DNA of 64,000 nt from an uncultured Flaviramulus sp. (GTDB lineage: Bacteria > Bacteroidota > Bacteroidia > Flavobacteriales > Flavobacteriaceae), in contig CANMUP010000007.1 of the NCBI GenBank assembly GCA_947501105.1, positions 15,003 to 79,002 on the forward strand, written 5' to 3'. A program made the translations under genes and the position numbers. The notes under the pieces are model-generated. The model did no database searches. It was not told where the DNA came from and saw nothing but the letters and a program-made list of their open reading frames with translations. Below, in pieces: positions 18,438-29,000 of the stretch (its first letter is position 1; every line of letters starts with the position of its first letter).

Positions 18438-19111
18438 TGCACTGTTTAATTTTAGAGGATGAACAATCAGCACGAGAGATTTTGCAAGGGTATATAGACA
18501 AAACGCCTTTTATAAATTGTATCGGAATGTACGAAAGCGGATTAGACATTCCTCTAGAGAAGTTAAAGCGAGCAGACGTTCTATTTTTAGACATTCAACT
18601 GCCAGAACTAAACGGCTTGTCTTTTCTAAAAACTGTTACCCATCCACCAAAAGTAATCGTAACAACTGCGTATTCTAATCATGCAATTGAAGCTTTTGAG
18701 GAAGCTGTCTTAGATTATTTAGTAAAACCATTTTCTTATGAGCGATTCTTTAAAGCAGTCACACGGGCTAGGAATCAGTTTTTAATGCAACAGAAAGAAA
18801 AAACCGAACAGCTCTTTTTATATGCTGATAAAACAATCTATAAAGTAGAAATTGATGACATTTTATACTTAAAAGCCGAAGTAGATTATGTAAATGTTAT
18901 TACCAAGGATAGAGAAATCTTGATATCAGATAGTTTGCGAAATTGGAAAGATAAATTAGCGAATTTTTCTTTTATACAAGTGCATCGATCATACATTATC
19001 AATATTGATAAAATTGAAAAAGTTTACGGTAGTCAGATTTTTATCAATGATAAGTCGATTCCAATTGGTAAAACCTATAAAGAGCTATTCTTAAAGCGAC
19101 TAGATTATTAG
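18434..19111 (+). CDS. LytTR-family response regulator
   Basis: ILEDE, FLDIQLP, DYLVKPF; LytTR FIQVHRSYIINIDKI; ATGA overlap with kinase. Confidence 0.92.
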   Translation: MMHCLILEDEQSAREILQGYIDKTPFINCIGMYESGLDIPLEKLKRADVLFLDIQLPELNGLSFLKTVTHPPKVIVTTAYSNHAIEAFEEAVLDYLVKPFSYERFFKAVTRARNQFLMQQKEKTEQLFLYADKTIYKVEIDDILYLKAEVDYVNVITKDREILISDSLRNWKDKLANFSFIQVHRSYIINIDKIEKVYGSQIFINDKSIPIGKTYKELFLKRLDY

Positions 19112-19154
19112 ATATCGTTAAATTTTGTTAAGATTCTCTATAGGTGAAAAGGAG

Positions 19155-19175
19155 ATTATACACGTTGCTATGTGC
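19155..19175 (-). repeat. Decayed half-copy of the attC-like site family seen at 52305-52402
   Basis: ATTATACACGTTGCTA vs ATTATCCCCGTTGTTA (52382-52397): 13/16 identical. Confidence 0.55.
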
Positions 19176-19652
19176 TGGCCTTTTAATTCAACAGCGTTAG
19201 TTATAAAGGATTTCCAAGTGTTTTGTTTTTCTCATTTAAAGTTTTATTGCTAAACGTACAAAACCTCAAACGATTCTTTTGAAATTTTGAATAAAAGTTA
19301 GAACTTTTTGAGCTCATTTTAAATATATATTAGTTTTGTGTAAATTATATAGTATTTTGATTTGCTTTTAATTATTTAGATAATTTTTTATATCAAATTT
19401 GTGCCGCCTACAGATTAGGGTTTATGAATACTAGTTAATCACTTTCTGTATTAGGAAGTAATATTAATTCTAAGATACCGCTACTACCTATTTGATAACC
19501 ACATATAATATAGTCAGAAAACCATACTTTTTGGGTGAAAAAGTTTTTTTTAAAAATGATAAAACTAAATAAATTTATAAAAAAATCGATGAAACGCTTG
19601 TTTTTTACGATTAATTACATAAATTTGCTTTTTAAACCCTTAAATCTTCGAC

Positions 19653-20099
19653 ATGAAAGTAAGAATTATTTTAATAAGTTTTAGTTTCTTTTTTGTGACA
19701 GGCATTGGTTTTGCTCAAAAAAAGAAAGTTGCAAAAAGTATTATTAGCGAAAAAGTTTCTATAAGGAAATATCATACTAAAGAAGATCTAGATCGAATGC
19801 AAAAAGGGCAGTTGCTTGATTTGTATGTTGAGCGAATAGAAAGCCTTGTTAAATTGTTGCCATATATAGCATTTGCTACTAAACCTGGGGTTACAATGAC
19901 TACTTTAGGAATTCCAAACGATAAAGATAATAGAACAGCACTTGATGACCAATTTGATGCTACCAATAGCTTTTTGGAAACAAATAATGAGTTTCAAAGG
20001 CGAATTTTACCTTATTCTGATACTAGTAATTTAATTGCTGCTATTCTATTTTATGAAGAAACCATGAAATCATTACATGAATATAGTGAGTTTCATTGA
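19653..20099 (+). CDS. Secreted hypothetical protein
   Basis: Signal peptide GFA|Q; helical domain ending LPYSD..NLIAAILFYE. Confidence 0.75.
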   Translation: MKVRIILISFSFFFVTGIGFAQKKKVAKSIISEKVSIRKYHTKEDLDRMQKGQLLDLYVERIESLVKLLPYIAFATKPGVTMTTLGIPNDKDNRTALDDQFDATNSFLETNNEFQRRILPYSDTSNLIAAILFYEETMKSLHEYSEFH

Positions 20100-20158
20100 T
20101 AATTATTAATTAGATAATAGATTTAGTTTTTCTATTATTATTTATAAACCTAGAATTA

Positions 20159-20207
20159 GGAATAAAAGAAATATAATATCTATATATTTCTTTTATTCCT
20201 TTTTTTT
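20159..20207 (+). terminator. Intrinsic terminator, 17-bp perfect stem
   Basis: GGAATAAAAGAAATATA-7 nt-TATATTTCTTTTATTCC then T run. Confidence 0.8.
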
Positions 20208-20221
20208 GTCTTATTAATATG

Positions 20222-20236
20222 CATTTCATCGATAAA
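20222..20236 (+). promoter_or_regulatory. Candidate transcription-factor box CATTTCATCGATAAA
   Basis: Exact 15-mer repeated at 25831-25845; degenerate copies at 20265 and 20285 precede TATATTTG (20306-20313). Confidence 0.55.
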
Positions 20237-20364
20237 ATTAAATACAAAATTTAATCATTTTAAGCATTTTATCGAAATAATTGGTATTTCATAGATTTTT
20301 TGTTATATATTTGAGCTTAATATAATTGATAAATTTATTTGCTATTTAACATAAAAAATTACTC

Positions 20365-21696
20365 ATGAAAAATTTTACTCAAATACTATGTATATTTCTT
20401 CTAGTTGCGGGAAACATTTTTGGGCAACAAGAAAAAGGGATAATTGGTACTGATAATTGGTTACACAATTGGACGGAGTTTAAACCTAAACTTGTTGACC
20501 ATGGTGAACCAACACAAATACTAGCAGGTAATATAACTGAAGACACAAAACTCTCAAAGCGATATGTATACCTGTTGTCAGGTAGTGTTTTTGTAACCGA
20601 TAGCACGACTCTCACAATAGAACCAGGAACGGTAATAATAGGTGATTACGCTACAAAAGGATCACTTACTATTTCTAAAGGGGCAAAAATAATTGCCGAT
20701 GGTTTAGAAACAGACCCTATTATTTTCACATCAAATAGAAGTGTTAAAAGAGCAGGAGATTGGGGTGGATTAATTATTCTTGGTGATGCACCTACAACAA
20801 AATTTGGAAGCGGATCTGTAGCATCATATTACACACAACTTAATGCTACTATCTATGCAAACTCTAACTATGGAGGTGAAAACCCAGCAAGTAATTCTGG
20901 AATATTGCGATATGTAAGAATTGAGTATGCTGGCAAAAGAATTAAAAATGCTGGATACTTTAATGGGCTCTTGTTAGCTAGTGTAGGGAATGAAACCGTA
21001 TTAGAGAATATAATGGTTAGCCATTGTGCTGGTAATTCATTTGAAGTATTAGGAGGTGAAGTTAATTTAAACAAAGCCGTTTCGTATAAATCAAATAGTA
21101 ACGATTTTAAATTTAATTATGGAACGCAATGTAATTTATCCAACTCTTTAGCAATTCGTTCACCATATGTTTCAAATAGTTCTGGAGCTAGATGTTTACA
21201 GATTAATTCTTATGATAATAAAGAGGAAGTAGATTTTACAAAAAAAGGAACTTTAGTAGTTGCAAAAAATATAACCTTAATAACTGATAGTGATGATTTA
21301 AAATCAGATATAAGACAAGGTTTAGTAAAAGAAGCAGTTTATGTTGGCCATAATGCTTCACTTAAAATGGTTAAAAGTGTTATTTCTGGTTTTAATCCAG
21401 CTGTTCTACTTGAAGATAAAATTAGAGTAAATCAGGAAAACTTAGAAAAAATCAAGTTTACTGATATGTATTTTAACAATTGCAATGGTAATATTTTTGT
21501 TGAAAACAATATGAATAATGAAGATTTAGAAAATTGGTATGGTAACACCGCCTTTTTTAATGTATACTCTAAGAGTAATGATTCTGAAACGTTTATTGAT
21601 TTAAAAAACCAAAGACGACCAGATTATAGGTTAAGAATTAATAAAATAATAGCTTCAAATGAAGTTGATCCAGATTTAAAGCGAATAGACGATTAG
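20365..21696 (+). CDS. Secreted right-handed beta-helix (pectin-lyase-like) protein
   Basis: Signal peptide (IFG|Q); LTIEPGT, DPIIFTS, AGDWGGLIILG, YGG.N..SNSG.LRYVRIEYAG. Confidence 0.75.
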   Translation: MKNFTQILCIFLLVAGNIFGQQEKGIIGTDNWLHNWTEFKPKLVDHGEPTQILAGNITEDTKLSKRYVYLLSGSVFVTDSTTLTIEPGTVIIGDYATKGSLTISKGAKIIADGLETDPIIFTSNRSVKRAGDWGGLIILGDAPTTKFGSGSVASYYTQLNATIYANSNYGGENPASNSGILRYVRIEYAGKRIKNAGYFNGLLLASVGNETVLENIMVSHCAGNSFEVLGGEVNLNKAVSYKSNSNDFKFNYGTQCNLSNSLAIRSPYVSNSSGARCLQINSYDNKEEVDFTKKGTLVVAKNITLITDSDDLKSDIRQGLVKEAVYVGHNASLKMVKSVISGFNPAVLLEDKIRVNQENLEKIKFTDMYFNNCNGNIFVENNMNNEDLENWYGNTAFFNVYSKSNDSETFIDLKNQRRPDYRLRINKIIASNEVDPDLKRIDD

Positions 21697-21855
21697 AAGT
21701 GAATCTAGTTATTATTAGTTTGATAGAACTTTTCGATTTCCTGTTTATTTTAAACATTGGAATTTATTATGATTAACCCAGTAATATTGAAACAGGTAAT
21801 GAAAATTCTATAATAAGAACGATAAGAGTTTCTCTTCTAAAGAAAATAATATCGA

Positions 21856-23295
21856 ATGAAGAATTTTTACATTACTTGTGTTGTTGCGCTTTTTACACTT
21901 TTTGCACCTAGAATTATAGGTGCACAAGTGGTTATTAGTACACCAAGCTTAGGCTTTAGTCAAGCTTGTGCAAGTCCTTCTTTCAACACTTATAATGTTA
22001 CGTTTTCTTTTTCTCCCGAAGGAAATTTAAGTTCTACCAACCAATTTATAATCGAACTTTCAGATGAAACAGGTGCTTTTTCAAATGCAACCGTGGTATA
22101 TACTTCTGCTCAAGGAGCAGTTATAACATCTCCAGCAACTTTAAGCATTTCTTTACCAGTTGATACTGCTGGCGAATCTTATAAGGTTAGAGTAAAAAGT
22201 ACAGCCCCAGTTGCTACAAGTACGGGTTCGGTAGCTTTTCCTGCATATTATAAAATTCAAGATACACCGTTCTCAATAAACAATTTGATTGATACAGGTG
22301 TGTATTGTTCTGGAGGTAGTTATTTGTTAACTATAGATAACCCTGGAACAGGCGATAACGATTCACCTCTACAATATCCATCACTTACTTTTAATTGGTA
22401 CAAAGTAACTAGCCCAACTACATCTGTTTTTGTAGCATTAGGAAATACTCTGTCTGTAAATCAACCAGGTACTTATTTTGCTGAAACTAACTATGGTACA
22501 TGTACATCAAATTCATTTTCAAATCGAGTTACAGTAAGTGAATCTACTACAAACGGAACATCATCTATTAGTTCTAGTCTTGGTAATCCGTATTGTGCAA
22601 GCCAAGGATCAACAACTTTAAGTGCAATAAACGGTGTTAGTTATCAATGGTATAAAGATGGTACAGAAATTACAGGAGCAACAAATCAAATGTTTGTTAC
22701 TAATGAGTCTGGAGAGTTTTCTGTAGATATCAATTTAGGAGATTGTGCCACTAGTGCAACAATAGATTTAAATGGTGTTGGATTTACTAGTGAAATTGAT
22801 GTTCCAGAGATTAATATGATTGAAGATAATGAAACTTTAGTAGCTACAGTAACAACAACAGCCAGTAGTCCTGAATTTAAATGGTATTTAAATGACACAT
22901 TAATTAATGGTGCTACAGGAAACAGTTATGAAGCAACTCAAACGGGTAGCTATAAGGTCGTTATTAAACAAACTGTTGGGTGTATATCCACAAGCGAATT
23001 TCTATTTAAGGTAAGCACAGCTTTTCCAAATGTTTCTAGTATTCCAAACTTAATAAGTCCTAATGGTGATGGAATAAATGATACATGGATAATTCCTCAA
23101 GAGTATGTAAACGGAGCAAATGCATCTGTAACCATACTTAGTGCGCAAGGTAAAGTAATGCTTCAAACGGATAACTATCTAAATAATTGGCCAGAAAATC
23201 AATTAGCTTTTAAAGCTATAAACCCTGTTTATTACTATATCATAACAACTCAAGATAATAAAACCAAAAAAGGCTCTATAACAGTCATTAAATAG
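21856..23295 (+). CDS. T9SS type-B CTD (gliding-motility-associated C-terminal domain) protein with Ig-like repeats
   Basis: Signal peptide; YQWYKDG.EI.GAT; IPNLISPNGDGINDTW…YYYII…KKGSITVIK. Confidence 0.88.
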   Translation: MKNFYITCVVALFTLFAPRIIGAQVVISTPSLGFSQACASPSFNTYNVTFSFSPEGNLSSTNQFIIELSDETGAFSNATVVYTSAQGAVITSPATLSISLPVDTAGESYKVRVKSTAPVATSTGSVAFPAYYKIQDTPFSINNLIDTGVYCSGGSYLLTIDNPGTGDNDSPLQYPSLTFNWYKVTSPTTSVFVALGNTLSVNQPGTYFAETNYGTCTSNSFSNRVTVSESTTNGTSSISSSLGNPYCASQGSTTLSAINGVSYQWYKDGTEITGATNQMFVTNESGEFSVDINLGDCATSATIDLNGVGFTSEIDVPEINMIEDNETLVATVTTTASSPEFKWYLNDTLINGATGNSYEATQTGSYKVVIKQTVGCISTSEFLFKVSTAFPNVSSIPNLISPNGDGINDTWIIPQEYVNGANASVTILSAQGKVMLQTDNYLNNWPENQLAFKAINPVYYYIITTQDNKTKKGSITVIK

Positions 23296-23296
23296 A

Positions 23297-25645
23297 ATGA
23301 AAAAATTGCTATTACATATAGTTTTATTTTTCTGTATTACACAGCAATTCTATTCTCAAGAGGATGGAATTGTTGCTTTTGACATACCTACAAGAAATTC
23401 TTTAAAGTTTAATAAATACACTATTAATCCAACATTTAGTTTTGTAAGAGAGCAAAATAAGTATATAAGTTTTTATAATAAAAGGCAATGGGTTCAGTTT
23501 GATGATGCTCCGTTAACATATTTAGCAAGTTATGCAGGTAGGTTTAGAGAAAATATGGGTATTGGTGTTGGAGTATTTCAACAAGATTATGGAGTATTAA
23601 CAACTTTTGGAGGTGTTTTAAATTTTGCATACAACGCTGTTCTAAATACCGATAGTAATTTAACGTTTGGGCTTAACCTTGGATTTTACAAGAGTGGTAT
23701 AAATGAAGGCAGAGTAAACACAAACTTTCCAGACCCATCTTTAGAAAACTTTCCTTCAAATTCTATAATTACAGTAAATCCTGGTATAAATTATGGTACA
23801 GATTTCTTCGATTTTGGAGTATCTATAAATAATGCAGTTTCTTATAATTTACTCACTTCAGAACTTATTGAAGATAATCCAGAACAGAGCGTTCAAGGAC
23901 ATATAATGTATACAGGTTATGTAAATAGTCGTGGTTTTTTTGACGAAAGTAAGTTTTCAGGATTATTACGATCAGAATTTAAAAAAGATCAAACTGTTCT
24001 TTCAGGACTGGTTATGCTAAGTGTTCCTAAAGGTATTTGGGCACAAGCAGGATATAATAGCTTATATGGTGTTTCAGGAGGATTAGGATTAAATATTAGT
24101 ACTCAAATTGCCATAGAATACAATTATGAGAAGTCTATAGGTGATTTTTCAAATTTTGGAAACTCTCATGAAATTACTTTAGCATATAAATTCAAAAATA
24201 AAGAGCGATATAGTTATAGTGGTGATGATGATGAACAAGCACTTTTAACTAGCAAAAAGAAAAGAAAGGTGCTCGCTAAAAGCACTACAACACCAAAGTT
24301 AAGCGCTGAAGAAAGACGAATTGCTAAGGAAGAAGCTGATGCCAGAATTGAAGAAAGACGATTAGCAGCAATAGCAAAAGCTGAAGAAAGAAAACAGGCT
24401 TCGCAACAAAATAAAGTAAAAACTGAGCAAGAAGATTTAGTTAAAGTAACTGATAGTTCTAGCGTTAAGTCAGAGCAAGAGCTGAAAAATATAGCCTTAG
24501 TAGAAGAAAAGGCTAAAGCTGATGAGGCGGTTAGAATTAAGCTAGAGGAGCAGGCTAAAGCTGATGCTAAGAAGAAAGCTGATGAAGCAGCAGCAGTTAA
24601 ACTTAAAGTAGCAGAAGAAGCAAAAATTAAATTAGCTCAAGAAAAAGCGGATGAGCAAGCCAGAATTAAGTTAGCTGAGGAAAAAGCGAAAGCTGAAGCA
24701 CAGAAGAAGGCTGAAGAGGATGAAAAAATTAAGATGATAGAATTGGACGGTGTAATTGTTCCTGCACCAACTGATGAAACCACTAGATACTTATACGATC
24801 TTACTAAGTTGTCTACGGATTCTAAAATAGAACAACAAGAATTATTAACAAAATTAAGTGAAACAGTTGCAGAAAGAGACCAAGACCTTAAAGATTTAAA
24901 AGAAGAAAATGATTTAAGTGAAAGAGGTATATATAAAGCTCCAAAACCATTTAAAAGCGTAACAGCAGAAAATGCAAAGTTAGAATCTTTAAAAGTTGAG
25001 ATTGATAATATAATTAATTCTCAAAATGAAAAGATATCGCAATTGGAGAACCTATATAACGAAAGACTTAAAGAAGTTAGTGATGTGAATGATCCATCCA
25101 ATGCATTTTATTCTAAAGCAATTCAAGATTTAAAAACGGAGCAAATACAAGCCTTAAGAACAAAAGACAACTTGTTATCTACTTTAGAAACTATTAAAGT
25201 AGCAACCGAGGTAGAAAGAAAACGAAGAATTAAGCGTGCAGCTTACGATAATGAAGAAGACAGATACCAAAAAGACAGAGCGGCTTTAAACCAAATAAAA
25301 CAATTTACGACTGTAGCATCCCAACCTTTAACACCAGAAGATTTTGATTCTGGAGAAGCGCAGAGTACTAGCATACAGATTGTTAAAGATGTAAAAAATA
25401 CCGAAAGTGGATTTTATGCTGTAATTGGCGTACATAGTGATGTAGTTAAAAGAGACGAGTTTTTAAGAAAAGCTGTAGCTGCAGGACAATCTGATATAGA
25501 TTTCTTCTTTGATGTAACTACAAGTAAATATTATATCTATTACCAAAAATTTGATAATATTCAATCTGCGAGAAGCGCAATGGAATTAAAAGGAAGTAAA
25601 CCATATAATGGTAACATGTCTCTGGTTAAAATAGAAAACGAATAA
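23297..25645 (+). CDS. PorP/SprF-family T9SS protein fused to Ala/Glu/Lys-rich coiled coil and C-terminal SPOR-like domain
   Basis: N-terminal ~300 aa PorP pattern (YNKRQWVQFDDAP.TY…YNYEKS…NSHEITLAYKF); AEEKAKA repeats; terminal FYAVIGV.S…YYIY..KFD. Confidence 0.8.
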   Translation: MKKLLLHIVLFFCITQQFYSQEDGIVAFDIPTRNSLKFNKYTINPTFSFVREQNKYISFYNKRQWVQFDDAPLTYLASYAGRFRENMGIGVGVFQQDYGVLTTFGGVLNFAYNAVLNTDSNLTFGLNLGFYKSGINEGRVNTNFPDPSLENFPSNSIITVNPGINYGTDFFDFGVSINNAVSYNLLTSELIEDNPEQSVQGHIMYTGYVNSRGFFDESKFSGLLRSEFKKDQTVLSGLVMLSVPKGIWAQAGYNSLYGVSGGLGLNISTQIAIEYNYEKSIGDFSNFGNSHEITLAYKFKNKERYSYSGDDDEQALLTSKKKRKVLAKSTTTPKLSAEERRIAKEEADARIEERRLAAIAKAEERKQASQQNKVKTEQEDLVKVTDSSSVKSEQELKNIALVEEKAKADEAVRIKLEEQAKADAKKKADEAAAVKLKVAEEAKIKLAQEKADEQARIKLAEEKAKAEAQKKAEEDEKIKMIELDGVIVPAPTDETTRYLYDLTKLSTDSKIEQQELLTKLSETVAERDQDLKDLKEENDLSERGIYKAPKPFKSVTAENAKLESLKVEIDNIINSQNEKISQLENLYNERLKEVSDVNDPSNAFYSKAIQDLKTEQIQALRTKDNLLSTLETIKVATEVERKRRIKRAAYDNEEDRYQKDRAALNQIKQFTTVASQPLTPEDFDSGEAQSTSIQIVKDVKNTESGFYAVIGVHSDVVKRDEFLRKAVAAGQSDIDFFFDVTTSKYYIYYQKFDNIQSARSAMELKGSKPYNGNMSLVKIENE

Positions 25646-25830
25646 TTAGTTTGGTCGCACTCTTGTGTCATTTTTTCACAATATCTGATTGTGTTTTAAG
25701 CATGATTGTATACTTCTATGGCCGCTTTTATCTATTTCTAGAAATTTTAGAAAATTAAAAATAATTGAGCAAATATTAATTTTTGCATTAAAAAGACTAC
25801 AAATTAAATATTTTTTAAAGCTTAATGTAT

Positions 25831-25845
25831 CATTTCATCGATAAA
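25831..25845 (+). promoter_or_regulatory. Candidate transcription-factor box CATTTCATCGATAAA upstream of the large adhesin
   Basis: Identical to 20222-20236; inverted near-copy ATAGATGAAATG at 25922-25933. Confidence 0.55.
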
Positions 25846-26032
25846 CTGCTCAATTTATTGCTAGTCTTCCTCTTTGTTACAAAAAAAATTACGATATTTA
25901 TACCGTTTAAAATCATTAAATATAGATGAAATGCTTTTAAAGTAGATATAAGCTTACTTTATTGATTTTAAATAGCTAGAACATTTCTTTTTTAATGCCC
26001 CCAAGAAAAAAGAAAAGCTAAACTAATCGACT

Positions 26033-29000
26033 ATGAAAAAAACTACTTATGTAAACATTGGACTTGTTGTTTTATTTCTCTTGGTGAGCCTACAAGCTTT
26101 TTCTCAAAACTTTGTGCCTTTTACTCCTAGGTTTAATCAGGATTTAAAAGGTGATATAGTTTTAATTGGTAATAATATTCTAGGGCCAGACAATAATGCC
26201 TTTAATGATAATACTGTTTATAACCATAATGTTGATATGCAGTATATTGATATAGATGGAGATGCGTCAACATTTAGCTCATCTAGCGCAGACTTAGTTA
26301 TTCCAGATCCTAATTGCTATAGAATTATTCATGCAGGATTATATTGGGGAGCAGTAACAAATGGACCAGAGCCTATTACAAATGTTAAGTTTAGAGGACC
26401 AACCGGTGGCTATAATGATATTACAGGAACTGTTGTATTTGATGCTAACGGAACTTCTGTTGATGGTGGCGATAGTTTTCCTTATGCTTGTTACGCAGAT
26501 GTTACAAGTATTGTTACAAGTTTAGGAACAGATTTAGGAACTTACACCGTTGCTAATGTTTCTAGTGCGGAGGGACAGACTGATTCTTATAGCCCTTATA
26601 ATGGCACTGGGCATTCAGCTGGATGGTCTTTGTTTATTGTTTATGAGAACCCTACATTACCTGGAAAGTCAATTACTAGTTTTGATGGTTTTAGTGCTAT
26701 AAGTTTAGCAGGAGGAAACCCTGCACTAGATATTCCAGTTTCTGGATTCAGAACAGTTCCAGCTCCAGCACCAGTTAGAGCAAACTTTGCTTTTGCAACT
26801 TTAGAAGGTGATAGTCCAATTTTGGGCGACCAGTTATTACTTAATGGCGTAAACCTTTCTACTGCAGATAGACCAGCAACTAACTTTTTTAATAGTTCAG
26901 TTACACAATTAAGTGCAACCCCTGTAAACAATAGAAACCCAAATAGTACCAATACTTTAGGATTTGATACAGGTGTAATGGTTGTTCCTAACCCAGGAAA
27001 TACAGTTATTGCTAATGATGCAACATCTGGGACAGTCCGATTAGAAACAAGCGGAGATACTTATTTTCCTTATTTCTATGCTTTAGCTGTTGATATTATT
27101 GAACCAAATATTGTACTTACTAAAATTGTTGAAGATGCTTTAGGAAATGATATTGGAGGTCAACTAGTAGCTCTCGGAGATGAATTAAATTACGTTATTG
27201 GTTTTCAAAATACAGGAAATGATGATGCTACAAATCTTACTATTAGAGATATACTTCCTATAAATATAGTTTTTAATTATCCTGCAGATTTAGGTGTTTT
27301 ACCTCCAGGTGTATCAGTGCAAAGTTACAATCCTGTTACAAGAGAAATAATTTTTAGTATTGATAATTCTGTTGTTGAAGAAAATGATCCTGTACAAGAA
27401 ATTCGCATTAAGGTAACCGTTGTTCAAACTTGTAGTTTGCTAAATGATGCTTGTGATAATATTATTAGTAATCAAGCATTTGCAACATATAACGGAACAT
27501 TAAATCCAACATTTACAATATCTGATGATCCAAGTTTTAATACTAATGCAGGTTGTTTATTAAACCCGTCTGCTACTAATTTTTTAGCAGATATTGACTG
27601 TACATTTACTGAAGATGTTATCCTTTGTGGAGCAAGTACGGTGCTAACAGCAGGAGACGGATATGATTCTTATTCGTGGTCTACAAGTCCTACAGGAACT
27701 CCAGTAATAGGAACAACACAATCCATAACTGTAACTAATGTAGGTACTTACTATGTTCGTAATACGGCTACAGCACCTTGTCAGTCAATAAATCAAGAGT
27801 TTAATGTTGTTACTTTTGGTGCAGGAGTTACAAACCCATTAATCCCTTTTGCAGATCAAGTAGTTATTTGTCCAAACGATGGTAAAGAATTGCCCAATTT
27901 TTTCTTATGCGGAGGAGGAGATACAAGATATATTCAAACTAATATAACAGATACGTCCTCTATAATTTGGGAAAAACTTGATGAAACAAGTTGTGCCGCT
28001 GTTGTAGACCAAGATTGTGCTAATGAAGATCCAGGGTGTACTTGGAATCAAGTAGAAACTGGACCTAATTATTTAATAGATACAGCTGGTCAATATAGGT
28101 TAACCTTAAATTATACTGGAGGTTGTTTTAATCAATTCTATTTTAATGTTTATACTAATTTACTTGTCCCTACAGTTACGTCTAGAGATATTTACTGTAC
28201 TACTCCAGGTGAAATTGTTGTAGGCGGTGTGCCTAGCGGGTATGAGTATAGTATTGATGGTACAAACTATCAAGCGAGTAATGTATTTTCAATTACTACT
28301 CCTAATATTTATAGTGTATATGTAAGACAAATTGGTGTTACTCCAAACCCTTGTATATTTTCAGTGCCAGATGTTCAAATACGAGAACGAGATTTTACAG
28401 TTTCAACAATTATTACTCAGCCATATTGTAATGGTGAATTAGGTAGTGTGGTATTAGCTGCAAATGATGTTCGCCCTCAATACTTCTTTTCAATTTATGA
28501 TGGGGCTACTTTAGTAAATAGTGTAGGACCTATAAATGATAATAATTATACATTTTCAAATTTAAACCCAGGAACTTACACAGTAAATGTATCTACTGAA
28601 GACGGCTGTATTTATTCTGGAAATATTGATATTATTAACCCTCCTTTATTAGAAGCTACTTCGGCATTAACAAAACCGTTAACTTGTACAGATGGAGAAA
28701 TTACTGTTTATCCAGTAGGAGGTACGCCGCCATACTTCTATTTTGTTAACAGTACTACAGTTTTTCAAACGACACCAATAATAAACGTTCCAAATGCAGG
28801 AGTATATAATATTACTGTTGTAGATTCTAATAACTGTTCAGCAGATACATCAATAACAGTTGATGCAACTCCAGCTCCAGATTTTAATGTTACTAAAACA
28901 GATATCTTATGTTCAGATGATGGCAACGTAGGAGCAATAAATGTTAATGTAACTAATCCTAATGGGAATAGTTTGCAGTACAGTATTGATAATGGTGTAA

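Noticed and set aside
24470-24720. Tandem-like DNA repeats in the PorP extension
   Set aside because: Explained by coiled-coil protein repeats; not a separate element.
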